From contig JAHHLP010000570.1 in assembly GCA_018679295.1 (NCBI GenBank), forward strand, positions 1 to 36,907: a stretch of DNA of 36,907 bases. The letters run 5' to 3'. How positions within the stretch are numbered: position 1 is the stretch's first letter; each line of letters opens with the position of its first letter. Under the pieces are notes generated by a model that ran no database searches, was not told where the DNA came from, and saw only the letters and a list, made by a program, of their open reading frames with translations. A program made the position numbers and the translations under genes. Origin of the DNA: Rhodothermia bacterium (GTDB taxonomy: Bacteria; Bacteroidota; Rhodothermia; Rhodothermales; JABDKH01). Shown here one piece after another: positions 33,643 through 36,907 of the stretch.

Positions 33643-34842
33643 TCATGCAATCAGACTGGCCATCCAGCCGAGCAGAGCCCCTCCACCGACGAGCCACGGC
33701 GCACCGAGCCGAAACCGAAAGAAGGCGACCGCAGCCGCCACGATGACGACCGCGGCGGGCAGGGAGGTTAGCGTGGCGCGAGCAAGCTCGATCGTGACGG
33801 CCAGCATGAGTCCTACCGCTGCGACATTCACTGCGTCGAGGAAGGCTGACGCCCACACCGACTCGCGCAGCCTGGGAATGATGGGATTCAGAATCAGGAC
33901 GAAGAAGAACGAGGGGAGAAAGATGCCAAGCGTTGCAACGACAGCTCCGGCGGGTCCGTCCACCAGGTAACCGATAAAGGTGGATGTTGACAGCACTGGA
34001 CCCGGAGTGAACTGCCCGATCGCGATCGCATCCAGCAGCTGCCCCTCGGTCAGCCATCCGTAATCATTCACCAGCCCGCCCTCGAGAAAGGCGACGAGCA
34101 CGTATCCACTTCCGTACAGGATCGCTCCGATTTTCAGAAAGAAGAGGCCCAGCTTCCACGTCGACACGGCGACGCCTGCGCCCGCAGCAGCCGCCCCGGC
34201 TGCTACGGCAGTGCTGTCCTGAAAGAGAATAGGCAGAAAGCGAGCCGCGGTGTCCGTCTTCGGTGAACCGCTCACGCGCAACCATACCATCCCCACAATG
34301 CCGCCGACCAGCAAAGCCGTCACCTCATTCGTACCGAAGAGAGACGCAGCACCCACAGCCAGGCCAATAACACCCAGGCGCCAACCCGTCACTGCCTGCC
34401 GGCCGAGCCGCCACAAGGCGCCCGCAATGATAACGATTACAGCCGGCTTGATTCCCACGAGAAAGGGCTCTACTTCCGGTAGAGCGCCGTACCTGACGTA
34501 GAGCCAAGCTAGCCCCGCCGTAAGCGTAACTGCCGGCAGAATGAATGACGCTCCGGCCGTAAACAACCCCGGCCAGCCGGCCCTTTCGTAACCGAGGTGC
34601 ATCGTCATTTCAGTCGAATTCGGGCCAGGAATCAGATTGGTGGCGCCGACCAGATCAAGGAAGTGTTCTCGACCCACCCAGCGACGACGGACAACGAACT
34701 CGTCCTCCATCATTGCGATGTGTGCTGCGGGACCTCCAAAGGCAACAACGCCAAGACGGAGAAAAAGGCGCGCGATCTCTCCAAGCGGACCGCGCCTGCC
34801 GCCATCCACCGAGCCCGAAACGTCTTCCGATTCGCCGGTCAT
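33643..34842 (-). CDS. chrA: Chromate ion transporter (CHR family, long two-domain form)
   Basis: 399-aa polytopic membrane protein. The N-terminal half has FLRLGVVAFGGPAAHIAMMEDEFVVRRRW, typical of ChrA. The second half repeats the domain (LFFLKIGAILYGSGYVLVAFL...GQFTPGPV). The ATG overlaps the xthA stop (ATGA). Confidence 0.85.
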   Translation of the reverse strand: MTGESEDVSGSVDGGRRGPLGEIARLFLRLGVVAFGGPAAHIAMMEDEFVVRRRWVGREHFLDLVGATNLIPGPNSTEMTMHLGYERAGWPGLFTAGASFILPAVTLTAGLAWLYVRYGALPEVEPFLVGIKPAVIVIIAGALWRLGRQAVTGWRLGVIGLAVGAASLFGTNEVTALLVGGIVGMVWLRVSGSPKTDTAARFLPILFQDSTAVAAGAAAAGAGVAVSTWKLGLFFLKIGAILYGSGYVLVAFLEGGLVNDYGWLTEGQLLDAIAIGQFTPGPVLSTSTFIGYLVDGPAGAVVATLGIFLPSFFFVLILNPIIPRLRESVWASAFLDAVNVAAVGLMLAVTIELARATLTSLPAAVVIVAAAVAFFRFRLGAPWLVGGGALLGWMASLIA

Positions 34843-35621
34843 TCCTGGATCTCAAACTCGGCGACGACGGGAGCATGATCTGACGGCTTCTTGCCCTTGC
34901 GCTCATCCCGATCTACGTAGGCATCGACGCACGTGTCTGCAAGCTTCTTCGTAGCCAGAACATGGTCAATCCGAAGCCCGTCCCCCTTCGGAAAGGCCAG
35001 CCGCCGATAATCCCACCACGAGAACGGACCTTCGCCGTCATGGTGCATACGAATCGTGTCCACGAGTCCCCAGTCGATGAGGCTCTGAAGACGCTCCCGA
35101 CCACCCTCGTGACACAGAACCGATTCTCTCCACTTGTCCGGGTTCGCTACGTCCCGCTCCTCCGGAGCAACGTTGAAGTCGCCCCCGATGGCGACCCTCT
35201 TGTTCTTCGTCAGATTCTCGTCGAGATACTTCCTGAAGCGGGACAGCCAGTCGAGTTTGTACTCCCACTTGTCGGAGCCTACCTCGCGGCCATTGGGCAC
35301 GTAAACGGACACCACGTCGATCCCATAGGTTGACGCCTTGATCACGCGCGCCTGGGGGTCATCAACGCCATCCCCCATTCCGCTGCTGATGTCAGAGATC
35401 TCCTTACGGCTTAGGATTGCGACCCCGTTGTAGGTTCGCTGACCGTGAGCGGCGGCGTTGTAGCCTGCATCGGCGAGCGCTTCGGCGGGAAAAGCCTCGT
35501 CGGTAACCTTAAGCTCCTGCAGACACACAACGTCGGGCTCGGCCTTGTCCAGCCACACGAGGAGCCGTTCGAGTCTGGCCTTGACAGAGTTCACGTTCCA
35601 CGTTGCAACCTTTATTGCCAT
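34839..35621 (-). CDS. xthA: Exodeoxyribonuclease III (AP endonuclease, EEP fold)
   Basis: 260-aa ORF. MAIKVATWNVNSVKARL, DVVCLQELK, YNGVAILSR, IGGDFNVAPEERD, SWWDYR, LRIDHVLAT and PSDHAPVVAEF are canonical Xth/ExoIII motifs in order. Confidence 0.9.
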   Translation of the reverse strand: MAIKVATWNVNSVKARLERLLVWLDKAEPDVVCLQELKVTDEAFPAEALADAGYNAAAHGQRTYNGVAILSRKEISDISSGMGDGVDDPQARVIKASTYGIDVVSVYVPNGREVGSDKWEYKLDWLSRFRKYLDENLTKNKRVAIGGDFNVAPEERDVANPDKWRESVLCHEGGRERLQSLIDWGLVDTIRMHHDGEGPFSWWDYRRLAFPKGDGLRIDHVLATKKLADTCVDAYVDRDERKGKKPSDHAPVVAEFEIQE

Positions 35622-35626
35622 TCGTA

Positions 35627-36907
35627 CTAGAGGTCGATCTGCAGCTTGAGTGTAACGCTACGTGGCGGTGCGAGCAGGGCTGGTCGCTCGAGGTAGTAGT
35701 AGTCGAATACATTCGACAGAATCACTGAGGCGGTAAGGCCCTTCCATCGGGCGATTGCCCGGGCGTCCGTCACGTGCGTAGTCTCAAGAACGCTTGCATC
35801 CGGCACGAAGATGGCGAAATCGGAATCAATTTTGTCCGGAATGCTCGCGTAGCGATAGTCTATCCCCGCGTCGAGCCAGCGGGTTAGCTTTGCTGTCGCA
35901 CCGGTAACGATGAGGTGCTTTGGACGGTAGGGCAGGTCCTCGCCTTCCGCGTCTTCCGTGTCGAGGTAGGTATAACCAAACGTTACGCGCACGCGCTCCG
36001 CAAGCGCGACGCCGGACAGCGTCACCTCAAGCCCGGCGATCCGGCTTTCGTCGAGATTCACAAACTGGAATCCCACGACGCGTTCGCCTTCGCTCGATAC
36101 CCCATTCACAAATCGCGGTTCAATGAGATCGTCGTACGTGTTCCAGAATGCCGCCACATCCCACTCGAGCCCCTGCAGAATGCTTCCCGTCGCCAACCAC
36201 CCTCGAAGCCCGCCCTCAATGCTGGAACTTGTCTCCGGCTTGAGCCGAGGGTTTCGGAAGATGGGAATGAAGCTTTGATCATCGGTGAAGCGCTCGGCGA
36301 GACTTGGAACGCGAAAGCCCATCCCGCCCGCCAATCGTGCTACAAGACCATCTCCAAACGACTGCGAAACGGCGACCTTCGGGCTCAGGCGGGTGACCGT
36401 TTCGGTCGCATCAACACGGTACAGGTCGTATCGCAGGCCGGCCACCAGAGCCGCACTCCGGGTGAGGTCGGTTTCCCACTGACCGAAAGCAGCAACCTCG
36501 GGTTGACTACCCAACTCGTCGCCGTCGCGTGTCCGGAAGAACGACGAGCGTGTGGTGTTCGCGTCAAAGCTGGTTCCTGCGGTGATCGTACCCGCGCGAG
36601 CGAGCGTGGCGGAGTACTGGACCTCACCACCGTATCGAAGTCCCCACGTCCCATCGCTGAGTGGCTTGACCTCACCGGTGTCGTCATCAATCGGTCGAAT
36701 CACGGTTCCGAAGAGTCGCAGGCGACCCGTTACAAGTGAGTTGGAGCTCGCGAAGAACCGCAGTGTCGGGAGAAAGCTGAATTGGTTCGAGAAGTTGTCA
36801 TTGGAGCCCGTGGGCACCGATGACTGCGTGATGGAAAGCGAGCCAGGATTGAGCGCGTCGGTAAGACCGTTCCAAAACAGGAAGCTGTCCTTCTCGCGAA
36901 ACAGCGC
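35627..36907 (-). CDS. TonB-dependent receptor, C-terminal barrel portion (5' end outside the window)
   Basis: The track start at 36817 is a GTG, but the frame stays open to the window end (...ALFREKDSFLFWNGLTDALNPGSLSITQSS-VPTGSND...). Alternating beta-strand pattern with GLRYDLYRVD, FRVPSLAERF and VTFGYTYLDTEDAEGEDLPYRPKH, typical of TonB_dep_Rec barrels. The stop is 5 nt before the xthA start. Confidence 0.8.
   Translation of the reverse strand, partial: ALFREKDSFLFWNGLTDALNPGSLSITQSSVPTGSNDNFSNQFSFLPTLRFFASSNSLVTGRLRLFGTVIRPIDDDTGEVKPLSDGTWGLRYGGEVQYSATLARAGTITAGTSFDANTTRSSFFRTRDGDELGSQPEVAAFGQWETDLTRSAALVAGLRYDLYRVDATETVTRLSPKVAVSQSFGDGLVARLAGGMGFRVPSLAERFTDDQSFIPIFRNPRLKPETSSSIEGGLRGWLATGSILQGLEWDVAAFWNTYDDLIEPRFVNGVSSEGERVVGFQFVNLDESRIAGLEVTLSGVALAERVRVTFGYTYLDTEDAEGEDLPYRPKHLIVTGATAKLTRWLDAGIDYRYASIPDKIDSDFAIFVPDASVLETTHVTDARAIARWKGLTASVILSNVFDYYYLERPALLAPPRSVTLKLQIDL

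Noticed and set aside
1-36907. Genomic island, mobile element or RNA genes
   Set aside because: I scanned the intergenic gaps (2582-2756, 4023-4205, 4977-5171, 18777-18946, 20186-20304, 21514-21640, 21830-22023, 22558-22817, 33018-33311, 33522-33642). I saw no tRNA-like T-arm/acceptor patterns, rRNA, integrase, transposase, or flanking direct repeats. Only mild local GC dips appear around 21.6-22.8 kb and 33.0-33.6 kb, and I judged these by eye rather than computing them.

Overview
High-GC bacterial chromosomal window. I found no rRNA, tRNA, CRISPR array, integrase or transposase. T9SS C-terminal sorting domains, a PorV-family barrel, CarboxypepD_reg-type TonB-dependent receptors and mostly weak Shine-Dalgarno contexts suggest a Bacteroidota/Rhodothermota-like (FCB group) organism; this is an inference. 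Left part (1-8.0 kb): a CDF metal exporter overlapping glpD by 4 bp, then two paralogous hybrid histidine kinases flanking a SAM-dependent methyltransferase that carries a signal peptide. Middle (8.0-21.6 kb): a ~0.4 kb array of four structured repeats, followed by seven co-directional genes that all encode exported proteins. These are three T9SS-CTD cargo proteins (one an EEP-fold nuclease), two lipoproteins (one NHL-repeat), a TonB-dependent receptor and a PorV-family barrel coupled to it. I recognise no characterised counterpart for this locus, and it is my best candidate for an undescribed system. A tentative idea is cell-surface capture, degradation and uptake of a polymer, possibly extracellular DNA. 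Right part (21.6-36.9 kb, all minus strand): small ORFs and a collagen-like lipoprotein; a four-gene double-strand-break processing operon (addB-addA-Mre11/SbcD-like phosphoesterase-YhaN-like ATPase with a transmembrane hairpin and no zinc hook); a possible 30-aa hydrophobic micro-ORF; a 69-aa protein with a clean intrinsic terminator; chrA; xthA; and the 3' part of a TonB-dependent receptor that runs off the window. All functional calls come from motifs read by eye in the supplied translations. No database search was run.
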